Virus record (IMG/VR): IMGVR_UViG_3300028833_000054
Coordinates: 118,482 to 182,481 of that record
Source of the DNA: a virus
Taxonomy: Duplodnaviria; Heunggongvirae; Uroviricota; Caudoviricetes
DNA length: 64,000 nucleotides
Reading direction: 5' to 3' (one strand)
Positions 38,814-48,133 of this stretch are shown piece by piece. Numbering within the stretch: position 1 is the stretch's first letter; every line of letters begins with the position of its first letter. Under the pieces are notes generated by a model. The model saw nothing but the letters and a program-made list of their open reading frames with translations, had not been told where the DNA came from and ran no database searches. Both the position numbers and the translations under genes were made by a program.

Positions 38814-41800
38814 TTAACTTCCAACAGCTCTTATATAATATGTTGAATTAGCATATAAAATTGAAATTTCACCGAATCCTCCACTGGTTACAAGTATAGC
38901 AGATACATTTTTCTTGGTAGTTCCGGTACTCATATCACCGATATTTATAAGCTTTGATGAACCTGAACCTGTAATCAATATATGTGCTATATCACAATTG
39001 CTTGCTCCAGTCCACGCAAATGAAAATGTAACAGTAGATGTATTTGTAGTAGTTACAGGAATTATCTTGTTTGCTTCTACTGTAATAGTACCGCCTGCAT
39101 CTGCCATTGCAACTGTTGTTCCTAATGTTGCATTTCTTGCAAATGCTGATGCATGATAACCATCAAGAAAATCTGCGTTGAAATTACTATTTAATGTACT
39201 AGAATCAGTAACAAACGGTGCAACAGTAGTTCCGACTCCTGATTTAATTTGTCCTTTAGAGTATATTCCATTGGTTGGAACTTTTGTGTAATCTGCCCAG
39301 GCAGAAGATACAAGAAGGTCTCCTACATTCAATCCTTTTGCTACGCTTTGACCGGCATTTCCTACAGATAATCTACTATTTGTAGATTCTGACAACTCAT
39401 AATTTGCAGTTCTGTGTTTTGTTGCATGTACTTCGGCCCAAGGATATGTAGAATCTCCAAGCTGTCCTGTAGTTAATGATGCACCTCTTCTAACTACATT
39501 AGCAGAAGCAACCAAGGGATAACCTGATGAATTTGCCCACCATATTACTGATGCACTATCAGCTCCCATAGCAGTTGTTGTGTTATTGACAAATACTTTT
39601 CCAGATGAATATACATTACCTGTAGATGGTTGTATATATAATTTTGCAGAAGTATATACAGTTTCATCTGCTGCAGAAGAATTATTACTGTCTACAAAAG
39701 TTAAATAATAATTTCCTGTTGCTGTAGATGCAATTGTTTTAACTGTAGAAGATGTAGTAGCAGAAGAAGCTGAAGTTGCTGTTGCAGCATTACCAGTTAT
39801 ACTAATTCCCCAAGTTCCTGAAGCTCCTCCACCAGTTTTTGTTACAGTGTATTCAGTATAATTAGTACCGTCTAAAAATCTAACCCAATCATTCCATCCA
39901 TTTCTGTCAGCACTTCTGTTTCTATAGTAAGTATATCCATTTGAATATCCGTATGAAAACAACTGCATTTTATAATTTGAATTGTATTGATAGTCAAATG
40001 TAGTTAATATACCCCAACCTGTTGGAACATTGTGATTTGCATATGCAAATACCATTCCATTAGCATTATCTGCATTATTTCCATTTCCTGATGTCCACCA
40101 TCCATTGTATTGTAAATATCTTCCATCATGATTATGATCTGCAGGGGAGAAAGAACTAGGTTTTCCTGTAATATTTCCCCATGCAACTGAACCTGCACTT
40201 CCTGATACATTTATGTTTTGTGTATTTACTGCAGTTTTTTCTGAAACAACCGTTGTTAATGCAGTAGTAGTAAATCCAACTGCCCAACCTCCAATCCAAG
40301 TATCTACATCACATCCACTATATCCAGTCATAACATTATGCACTGTTACTTGTGGATATGTCCATACAGTATTTGCTTCACCGATTGTAACACAAGCATA
40401 AGTTCCGTCATTTCCAAGACGGACTGTTAAATTAGTGTAAGGTCCTATTCCTTCTGAATATACTTTAGTAACAGGTTCATACCAACCATTTGTTGAATAT
40501 TCATATCCACTTATATGATAAGTTGTGTAAGATTGATTAGCACCATCATATGTATAAATAGTGACATCAAAACTCATCATAGTATTTTTACCCTTTTGAG
40601 GTAAAGTAATCTTAAGATAACCTGTTACACTAGAAGTACTTGTAGCATATACACCGCCACCAGGATGAGCAATATATGAACCAGTTGCATTTCCGTTTGT
40701 TCCTTTACTTCCTATACCTCCATCAAATCTGGCATTTCCTCCAACATGTAATTTTTGAGTAGGAGCATCTACACTAAGACCAACACGTCTATTATCCATT
40801 GTTAGTCGAAGTGCTCGATACCATGTATTTGCACTAGCAGAAGAACCTCCTGTTTCTATATCAAAATAATTTGCATCTCCTGAACCGCTTCCTCTAGATA
40901 ATATTCTCCACGATGCTCCTGCATAATTATTAGAATTATATCTAAATTGAATAAATCTATCATTGTCTCCTGTATCCAAATAAATGTTTCCTAAATGATA
41001 TGCATTTCCATTATAATCGAATCGGTGAGTAGTAGTAAAAGTAGGACTTGCTGCTGCAGATGCATTTTGAATATTTAATGAGGCATAAGTTACACCATTT
41101 GCTCCATATGATGGTCTAAAATAATATTCTCTGTGAGCATATCCTGCTTCTCCAAATTCAACATTATGAATTCCTCCAAATCCAATACTTGTTAAATCAG
41201 AATTTGCACCAATAGTAAGACGTCCATTAATAGAAGATATTCCTGTTAATGCTTGATTTGCACTGCTTGCTTGGACTGCAGTTGTACCGATATATCCTAA
41301 ATATGATGAATAATTAGAAGAATCAATAACAGTTTTCCAAGGACTCCAAGATGCATCTGTGCCGTTTGTTTGGACTCTCCATTGTATTGCACCCGTTGCT
41401 GAAGTAGGAACAGTAAGTTGAGCATCCCATTTTGAATTATCCCATGCCATATGAAGAACATGACCATCAGCAGCAGGTTTTCCATTAGCAGCAGACATTG
41501 AAGAAGTTGCAAGAAAATAATGAAGACCACCGTCTGCAAATGTTATATTTCCGGAACTTCTTCTACTTCCGCTAGTGTAATATACAGGGTCTCTCAATAC
41601 ATCAGCATATTGAGCAAAATTAGACTTCAAATTTGTTACTTGAGTAGAAGAATCAACTACAAGAGGAGCTGTTCCTTGAGCCTTCTTAGATATAAATTGT
41701 CCCTTTGTGTAAATATTATCACCTATTGAAGATGCTAATACTCCATTGTTAAACCATGCTACTTGATGACCACCTGCATAAGTTCCTTTAGCAGTTTTAG

Positions 41801-44800
41801 AACCATCGTTATTTGAACCATTACTCCAATTTGTATGGAAATATGCAAGGCCATATAAGTTATTCGGACTTTTACCATCTGCAGATATAGAATAAGAAGT
41901 TCCTATACTCCAAATATGTCCTAACAACGTTGCATCATAGTAACCATAGTTTCCTGCATTTCTTGTAGAAGTAGAATAAGGTATTATTCTTCCTGTACTA
42001 TCAATAACTAATTTATTGTTTATATTAAGAGTAGTAAAATGTACATCATCAATATAAGCATATTTCCAATACCAAGAAGATGTTCCTATATAGTTATGAC
42101 CACTGCCTGCTCCTCCAGAAGCAGAAGGAAGAATTCCATAAGAAGTATTTGATGTACCAATTTTAACCCAACCATTGGTTGTTCCATCTGCTGGCATAAG
42201 AGTATTGTAGGAATCTGATATTAATGACCAAGTTTTAAGATTTGCTCTTGCGCCTGCAGCAGTTGATGCATCAGTTCCTCCTTTAGAAATAGGAAGAATT
42301 CCTGTTATATTAGATGTAGTAAACTCTGATGATAGAAGAAGAGAATCCCACGTAGAACTCCAAGTTGCAGTATTGTTAGAATAAGACTTATATCTAATAT
42401 ATACTTTATTACTACCATATCCGAAAGCAAGCTGGGTTCCATATCCTGACCATAAATAAGTCAATACACCATAACCACCAGCAGGTCCAGCTCCTGTCCA
42501 AGGAGCATTTGATAATGATGCACCAGTAGTAGGATCTCCTCTACCAGTCAAAGTCATATTTTCAAATGTATTGAAATCATTTGCAGCATTATTAGGAACA
42601 GTAACTTTTTTAAGATATGTTCCGTCAAGAAAAGAAGTATAATTAACAGAATCGAATACTTTTCTCCACGCCTGCCATGTTCCATTGTTTTTTCCTCTTA
42701 CTGCAATTTGTCCTGTTCTGTAATCTTGATAAATTTCTGCAATCCAACTATTACTATATTTGTTTACATATGCTACACCATCAGATATACTATATAAATC
42801 AGATGTTCCTGTTCCATTAACATACCAAATACCTGTATCTAAATCAGAAGATATTGCTAAAGCCGTTGTAGCAGCCGCATTTGTACCTGCCATTCTATAT
42901 GTAGTTTGTGATGGAACACCTGCAGCCAAATATATTGGTCTATCTGCTGCTCCTACATTAGCAGTACCAAGTTTACTGGCTGTAGTAGCAGTTGCTGCAT
43001 TACCAGTTATATTAATTCCCCAAGTTCCTGATGCTCCTCCACCAGTTTTTGTTACAGTGTAAGATGTATAATTAGAAGAATCTAAAAATAATCTTGGTTC
43101 TTCCCATGCAGTAGCAGCAGAATTTCCTCTTCTCCAATACATACCGTCAGCTGTTGCTCTTTGTGCCCATAATTGCCAACCTCTTGATGGATTACCAAAT
43201 GTTAATATTGCTGCATATGTCATACTTGATATGCTTCCAGTCCAAGTACTTCCTCCTCCAGAATATCCTCTTATTCCGCTTTCTGTAATATCTGTTTCTG
43301 TATTTATACCAGTAACATTTAATACATTTGTCGTATTTGAAGCAGTAGCATATGGAACAGTTATATTGTTCGTAGATCCATTTTTGGTCCAGGTTAAGTA
43401 ATTTTCTGAAGTTCCAAGAGCAGTAACAGTTTCAGTTACATCAGTTACTCTATAACGTCCTTCATTTTGATAATAATAACCATCTATTTGATGGAATTGC
43501 TGCCCTCCTTTATATGCAACTTCCCAAGAACCTCCATTTGGATCATTTATATTTAAAACACCAGTATATCCGTTTGCCGTAGTTAATGTTCCCCAAGATG
43601 ATAATGATGTAGTTCCATTATTTGCAAATCCTGCAGAAGTTATAAAACTATGAGAATGACCAGAAGTTGCAAATTCACTAGCATGTTTTCCGTCTAATAA
43701 ATCTGCATTTAATTTTGTAACTACTGTGCTTGAATCTACTGCAAATGGAGCAGTTCCTTGTGCATTTTTAAATGTCTTTGTTCCTGAAATTTCTTCATCT
43801 CCATAAACATGAACAATATCATTATCAGCAACAGACCAATTTCCTATACCTCTACCTAATTCTACTCTTGCATTTCTAATATACCATGTAATAGTATTGC
43901 TATCATTAGTAGTATTTAATCCAAAACAATCATATATAATTAAATCTACTTTATTGGTATTTCTTGTATCTAAATTTGCACCTCCCCAAGATATATTTGT
44001 CCAAACATTTGCTTCTACAGGATTATGATTTATTCCAACGCGGTCAGTGTCATTATCATTTCCGTTCCAAGCAGTTCCTGTTTCTACAGTATTATTTTGG
44101 TCATAACAAATTGTATGCTCACTTGGAAGTAAAATATCAAAGGAAACACGGTAATGATATCCAAAAGGAACTTTTACTTTCCAACCAGCAGAAGACTTTA
44201 TTGATACACCAGATCCATTATAACTTGCAAGGCCGGTTTTTGATACAATTGTATATGTATTTGTTGCATAATCATAAGATACACTTGTACTTGTAGTATT
44301 TTGTAATCCATTTTTTCTTAATAAATTATTTCCAAACAAACGTTCATTTTTGTTAAAATAATTTGAAGAACTTTCATATGCCATTGTTCCAAGCCCTAAA
44401 CTTGTACGTAAAGTAGCTTGTGAAATACTTTTTGCTATTCCTCCTATTGTAGCAGAAACAGGATTTGTAGTGTTTGAAGTTAATGCAGTAAATAATCCGT
44501 TCAAATGCACACCGTCCAATAAATCAGCATCCAATCCGCTTCCGCTTCCATCATTTCCTGAATCCCAAATAGTATATAATCCTGTACCTACAGCATGCTT
44601 TAATCCTGTAGTAGAAGGAGTTTGTAATACTAATGTGTCAGTAGCATCATTATTTACACCTATAACAAGACGATTTAATTCACCAGATGATGCCAAAGTT
44701 GGTTGTGAACCAACTGCACTCTGTGTTGTAGTTCCATAAGGTTGAAATTGTATGAATGCACAATCAGATGGTTTGTTTATACTAGTTTCTCCCTTTTGGC

Positions 44801-46142
44801 TTATAAACTCTATAGTTGATAATCCATAAGTTGAATCACCAATTAAACGTATATTAGGAGATGCTACTGATGCATATGAACCTCCTGGATATGTCCATGT
44901 TGCATTTGCAGAATAAGCTGGTGCATTTATAGTGAATACTCCGTTTAAAAATGCATTACCATTACTTACTATTTCAAACGCATTTTTTCTAGCATTGTCA
45001 GCACTTCCTATACCTACACTGAATTTTGTACTGCCGCTTGTTGATTTATTGAATGAACCACAAGCAAACTCGCCATTGTTATAAGTTAAAGTATGATTTC
45101 CAAATGCAGCTGAAGATCCTCCACCTGCAATATTCAAATGACCATAACTAATTGCACCATAATCACCTAATGCCATTGAAAATCTACCACCAGCAAGTGA
45201 CCATTTTGCTCCTTGGCCAGTAAATCCAGTATTAATGAAGCTTCCTTCACCGCCAGCAATACAACATATAATATAATATGTTTTATTTGAAATTGCTGTA
45301 GCAGATAATGTTCTACTAAATGTGAATGTAAGTGTTCCGCTAGAATAGGCCATATTTGTTATAGTCACATCGGCTAAGGAAGCATCATAAATACGTCCTC
45401 CTAATATAAATGCGTTTTTAATACTTCCTGAATGAGTTGACCAGAATTTTGCCAATAACTCGGCCATTCCTGAATCTGCTGCAGGAGTACATGTATAAGA
45501 TGTTGCATTTGCATCACCAGTTAAATTAACATTCCATGCCCAGTTTGAGCCAAAAGCAGTAGATATTCCATTTCCGTGAGCAGCAGATACGAATGTTCCT
45601 CTTGCAAAAGCACCAGAACCTATAGCAGTTGCATATCCTCCAATTGCTACTGCATTTGTTCCGTCAGCAGTAGCATATGTACCAGCTGCAATTGCTCCTG
45701 ACCCCGTTGCATTAGATGTAGTACCTATTGCAATTGCTCGAGTTGAAGGATTAAATCTTAATCCTCCTACTGTATATAAACTTTCTTCAGTTGCAGTTGA
45801 ATTGTCAGAGTCTACAAATGTAGGATAATGCCAAGCATCTGTTGAACGAGTAACAGTAACTATTTTATCTGCTATTCCAGAATGCATACTGGCTCTTGAA
45901 ACTAAGTAGTTAGTTCCATTAGAAGAGGTTCCCCATAAGTAAGTAGGTGAATTACTAGTATTAGAATAATTGAAATGCTGACCATCGACCATATCAGCAT
46001 TCAAGTTTGAAACAAGAGTGCTAGAATCTATTAGAAATGGTGATGTTCCTTGAACTACTTTGCTTATGAATTGGTCACTGGCATATATCTTGTCTATAAA
46101 TCTAGATTTTCCTTCAACCAATAAATCCTTTAATTGAGCCAT
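38814..46142 (-). CDS. Tail fibre/adhesin 2 (2442 aa), mosaic
   Basis: Same N-terminus as fibre 1; YadA-like head repeats (ATADGTNAVAIGGYATAIGSGAFARG), carbohydrate-binding-like module, NADxxDGxH linkers. Confidence 0.8.
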   Translation of the reverse strand: MAQLKDLLVEGKSRFIDKIYASDQFISKVVQGTSPFLIDSSTLVSNLNADMVDGQHFNYSNTSNSPTYLWGTSSNGTNYLVSRASMHSGIADKIVTVTRSTDAWHYPTFVDSDNSTATEESLYTVGGLRFNPSTRAIAIGTTSNATGSGAIAAGTYATADGTNAVAIGGYATAIGSGAFARGTFVSAAHGNGISTAFGSNWAWNVNLTGDANATSYTCTPAADSGMAELLAKFWSTHSGSIKNAFILGGRIYDASLADVTITNMAYSSGTLTFTFSRTLSATAISNKTYYIICCIAGGEGSFINTGFTGQGAKWSLAGGRFSMALGDYGAISYGHLNIAGGGSSAAFGNHTLTYNNGEFACGSFNKSTSGSTKFSVGIGSADNARKNAFEIVSNGNAFLNGVFTINAPAYSANATWTYPGGSYASVASPNIRLIGDSTYGLSTIEFISQKGETSINKPSDCAFIQFQPYGTTTQSAVGSQPTLASSGELNRLVIGVNNDATDTLVLQTPSTTGLKHAVGTGLYTIWDSGNDGSGSGLDADLLDGVHLNGLFTALTSNTTNPVSATIGGIAKSISQATLRTSLGLGTMAYESSSNYFNKNERLFGNNLLRKNGLQNTTSTSVSYDYATNTYTIVSKTGLASYNGSGVSIKSSAGWKVKVPFGYHYRVSFDILLPSEHTICYDQNNTVETGTAWNGNDNDTDRVGINHNPVEANVWTNISWGGANLDTRNTNKVDLIIYDCFGLNTTNDSNTITWYIRNARVELGRGIGNWSVADNDIVHVYGDEEISGTKTFKNAQGTAPFAVDSSTVVTKLNADLLDGKHASEFATSGHSHSFITSAGFANNGTTSLSSWGTLTTANGYTGVLNINDPNGGSWEVAYKGGQQFHQIDGYYYQNEGRYRVTDVTETVTALGTSENYLTWTKNGSTNNITVPYATASNTTNVLNVTGINTETDITESGIRGYSGGGSTWTGSISSMTYAAILTFGNPSRGWQLWAQRATADGMYWRRGNSAATAWEEPRLFLDSSNYTSYTVTKTGGGASGTWGINITGNAATATTASKLGTANVGAADRPIYLAAGVPSQTTYRMAGTNAAATTALAISSDLDTGIWYVNGTGTSDLYSISDGVAYVNKYSNSWIAEIYQDYRTGQIAVRGKNNGTWQAWRKVFDSVNYTSFLDGTYLKKVTVPNNAANDFNTFENMTLTGRGDPTTGASLSNAPWTGAGPAGGYGVLTYLWSGYGTQLAFGYGSNKVYIRYKSYSNNTATWSSTWDSLLLSSEFTTSNITGILPISKGGTDASTAAGARANLKTWSLISDSYNTLMPADGTTNGWVKIGTSNTSYGILPSASGGAGSGHNYIGTSSWYWKYAYIDDVHFTTLNINNKLVIDSTGRIIPYSTSTRNAGNYGYYDATLLGHIWSIGTSYSISADGKSPNNLYGLAYFHTNWSNGSNNDGSKTAKGTYAGGHQVAWFNNGVLASSIGDNIYTKGQFISKKAQGTAPLVVDSSTQVTNLKSNFAQYADVLRDPVYYTSGSRRSSGNITFADGGLHYFLATSSMSAANGKPAADGHVLHMAWDNSKWDAQLTVPTSATGAIQWRVQTNGTDASWSPWKTVIDSSNYSSYLGYIGTTAVQASSANQALTGISSINGRLTIGANSDLTSIGFGGIHNVEFGEAGYAHREYYFRPSYGANGVTYASLNIQNASAAASPTFTTTHRFDYNGNAYHLGNIYLDTGDNDRFIQFRYNSNNYAGASWRILSRGSGSGDANYFDIETGGSSASANTWYRALRLTMDNRRVGLSVDAPTQKLHVGGNARFDGGIGSKGTNGNATGSYIAHPGGGVYATSTSSVTGYLKITLPQKGKNTMMSFDVTIYTYDGANQSYTTYHISGYEYSTNGWYEPVTKVYSEGIGPYTNLTVRLGNDGTYACVTIGEANTVWTYPQVTVHNVMTGYSGCDVDTWIGGWAVGFTTTALTTVVSEKTAVNTQNINVSGSAGSVAWGNITGKPSSFSPADHNHDGRYLQYNGWWTSGNGNNADNANGMVFAYANHNVPTGWGILTTFDYQYNSNYKMQLFSYGYSNGYTYYRNRSADRNGWNDWVRFLDGTNYTEYTVTKTGGGASGTWGISITGNAATATSASSATTSSTVKTIASTATGNYYLTFVDSNNSSAADETVYTSAKLYIQPSTGNVYSSGKVFVNNTTTAMGADSASVIWWANSSGYPLVASANVVRRGASLTTGQLGDSTYPWAEVHATKHRTANYELSESTNSRLSVGNAGQSVAKGLNVGDLLVSSAWADYTKVPTNGIYSKGQIKSGVGTTVAPFVTDSSTLNSNFNADFLDGYHASAFARNATLGTTVAMADAGGTITVEANKIIPVTTTNTSTVTFSFAWTGASNCDIAHILITGSGSSKLINIGDMSTGTTKKNVSAILVTSGGFGEISILYANSTYYIRAVGS
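39781..39865 (-). repeat. 85-bp direct repeat within fibre 2, copy 1 (NYxxYTVTKTGGGASGTWGIxITGNAAT)
   Basis: 78/85 identical to 42991-43075. Confidence 0.85.
42991..43075 (-). repeat. 85-bp direct repeat within fibre 2, copy 2
   Basis: Offset 3210 from copy 1. Confidence 0.85.
44506..44918 (-). repeat. Fibre module A, copy in fibre 2
   Basis: TWTYPGGSYAS...YTIWDSGNDGSGSGLDAD shared with fibre 1. Confidence 0.85.
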
Positions 46143-46151
46143 TTAATGCAT
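46143..46151 (-). other. Mini-uORF MH* abutting the fibre 2 start
   Basis: ATG CAT TAA ATG. Confidence 0.45.
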
Positions 46152-46166
46152 ATAATCTATTTGAAT

Positions 46167-46174
46167 TATTTATT
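46167..46174 (-). promoter_or_regulatory. T4-late-like promoter AATAAATA
   Basis: Upstream of fibre 2. Confidence 0.6.
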
Positions 46175-46205
46175 TGATATTATTTTATATGCAGCTTTCT
46201 AAAAT

Positions 46206-48050
46206 TTAAATTTCAATAAATTGTGTTGCTTCTACATGATTCTTAAATATTCTTGCTACAATATCATTTTCTTCTAATCCGACAGCAGCATCACCTACTG
46301 CAGGATAAAATTCACCATTTAAAATATCAAACAGACCTGGTTTACTTGCTTCTATAATAGGATATAAATCTCTTTGCAATACTCCGTTTTTATACAGTTT
46401 AGCATTGTATATGTATTTGTTTCTAACTGTATATGAAGATGCTAATCTTCCTATTTGGTATGTTCCTGATTCATTACCTGATGTATATTGATATGTTATG
46501 TAATTAGGAACAGTAATATCAGCATTTGAATATGAAAATGTTCCATGAGGTTCCCATGCCCCCGCTGCAGTAACTCCCCAATATGCCCCCGCTGATACAG
46601 AAAATCCCATTAAGTCTCTTCCCGAACCTCCTGTTGCATATTTTATAACAGTTTCTGCTTTGCAAGTATTTCCTGCAGCATATGATAATCCTGTGTTTAC
46701 ATAAGATCCAGCAGGCAAATACAAATAAGCATATGTTTCTCTAAATGTGTTTGCCTTTAAAAGACCTGATTTAAAAATTTTAGGTTCTATATTTTCTTCT
46801 ATCATACTATAATTCATAATATCTCCTTGGTTGTCAATATATGCAGGAGTATGATATAATTCAAATACATCTTCTGCAGATAATGCAGTTCCATAAATTC
46901 TGAAATCAGCAATATTTCCTGTCCACACATATGAAGTAGTAGAATCCCATCCACAAACATATATTACAGTAGCAGTGAGAGGTTTGTATGTAGTTGCACT
47001 TCCTACTAAACTTCCATCAATATATAATTTTCCTGTTGTTCCATCTCCTGTCATAACATAATGATGCCAAGCTCCTTGATATGAAGCAAATGTTACATTT
47101 GTTGAACCATTTTTAATAGGATTGTTAGAACCATCTCCTGTATTCCAATAAAATACTGTACCGCTTGGATAAAGATTTAATCTGTTTCCATTGCTAGATC
47201 CCCATGCCATTTTTCCATTCATTGCGGATGCTTTGGCCCACCATGTTATTGTGTAAGTATTTTGTATTCCACCTGTGTACAATGTTGGAGAACTAATGTG
47301 ATTGTTTCCTGCTTCAAATGCTAGTGATTTATCATATTTTCCTACATCTGTAGATAAAGTGCAAGTTCCAATTATTGTGCCATTTCTATGATATCCTGAT
47401 GTATCATACACTATAGTATTACTGTACTTGTCATCTAATTTATAATGAAGAAATAAAGCTTTTGAAATTTCATGCACTTCACGAGCAGATAAGCAATGGT
47501 CATATATTCTAACATCATTTATATAGCCCATGTAACTAACTGAAGTTCCACCTCTATAGTCATCACCTATTCTAATTGCAGCTGTACTTGGCCGAGCAGA
47601 CAACGCTCCTTCTCTTTCTTCAATGAATACTCCATTGATATATACTTTTATGTTGCTTGTTGTTTTTGTCACTGCAACATGTGTCCAAACATCTTTTGGC
47701 AAAGTATAATTAGGATAATAGTCAGGAGAACCGTTCCAATAAACTCTTAGTTTTCTGTTAGTATAAAACTCTAATGCAACATTACTAGCTCCTGCAGCAG
47801 AATATTCACTTATAAGAATTCCTCTCGTGTCATCTGATGGTTTTACCCACAATGCCCAAGAAAAATCTCCTGAATAAATGTCACCAAGAGATTTACTAAA
47901 TTGAAGAAATTGGCTGGAACCATTAAAATAATAGCATCTTCCTATTTTTCCATTATTATTCACTGTTGCTCCATTATTAGTCACATTGACATCACTTAAT
48001 CCATGATTAAGCAAATCACCATCTAACGGAAGCCAAACTACTAAACTCAT
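46206..48050 (-). CDS. Tandem LamG/concanavalin-A-like domain protein (virion adhesin)
   Basis: LVVWLPLDG, WTHVAVT..KVYING, GYINDVRIYDHCLS; second LHYKLD...WHHYVMT...IADFRIYGTALS. Confidence 0.85.
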   Translation of the reverse strand: MSLVVWLPLDGDLLNHGLSDVNVTNNGATVNNNGKIGRCYYFNGSSQFLQFSKSLGDIYSGDFSWALWVKPSDDTRGILISEYSAAGASNVALEFYTNRKLRVYWNGSPDYYPNYTLPKDVWTHVAVTKTTSNIKVYINGVFIEEREGALSARPSTAAIRIGDDYRGGTSVSYMGYINDVRIYDHCLSAREVHEISKALFLHYKLDDKYSNTIVYDTSGYHRNGTIIGTCTLSTDVGKYDKSLAFEAGNNHISSPTLYTGGIQNTYTITWWAKASAMNGKMAWGSSNGNRLNLYPSGTVFYWNTGDGSNNPIKNGSTNVTFASYQGAWHHYVMTGDGTTGKLYIDGSLVGSATTYKPLTATVIYVCGWDSTTSYVWTGNIADFRIYGTALSAEDVFELYHTPAYIDNQGDIMNYSMIEENIEPKIFKSGLLKANTFRETYAYLYLPAGSYVNTGLSYAAGNTCKAETVIKYATGGSGRDLMGFSVSAGAYWGVTAAGAWEPHGTFSYSNADITVPNYITYQYTSGNESGTYQIGRLASSYTVRNKYIYNAKLYKNGVLQRDLYPIIEASKPGLFDILNGEFYPAVGDAAVGLEENDIVARIFKNHVEATQFIEI

Positions 48051-48064
48051 TACACTATAATCAT
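48050..48064 (-). other. Mini-uORF MIIV*, TAATG-overlapped with the LamG gene
   Basis: ATG ATT ATA GTG TAA; the ATG is 6 nt after the promoter box. Confidence 0.5.
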
Positions 48065-48069
48065 TTTAA

Positions 48070-48077
48070 TATTTATT
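48070..48077 (-). promoter_or_regulatory. T4-late-like promoter AATAAATA
   Basis: Followed by TTAAAATGA. Confidence 0.65.
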
Positions 48078-48082
48078 GGTAC

Positions 48083-48114
48083 AAAAAAGAGGCCTTAGAT
48101 TTCTCCAAGACCTC
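48083..48114 (-). terminator. Rho-independent terminator after the giant collagen gene
   Basis: GAGGTCTT...AAGGCCTC stem, then TTTTTT. Confidence 0.7.
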
Positions 48115-48133
48115 AAAAATGAAATGAAAATGT

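Larger units (their letters stand above)
45998..46177 (-). repeat. 180-bp direct repeat, copy 2 (promoter, mini-ORF and first 48 codons of fibre 2)
   Basis: 178/180 identical to 37258-37437; offset 8740. Confidence 0.95.

Noticed and set aside
28241-46142. Shufflon or invertase-type fibre switching
   Set aside because: All shared segments are direct repeats on one strand; no inverted cassettes and no recombinase in the window
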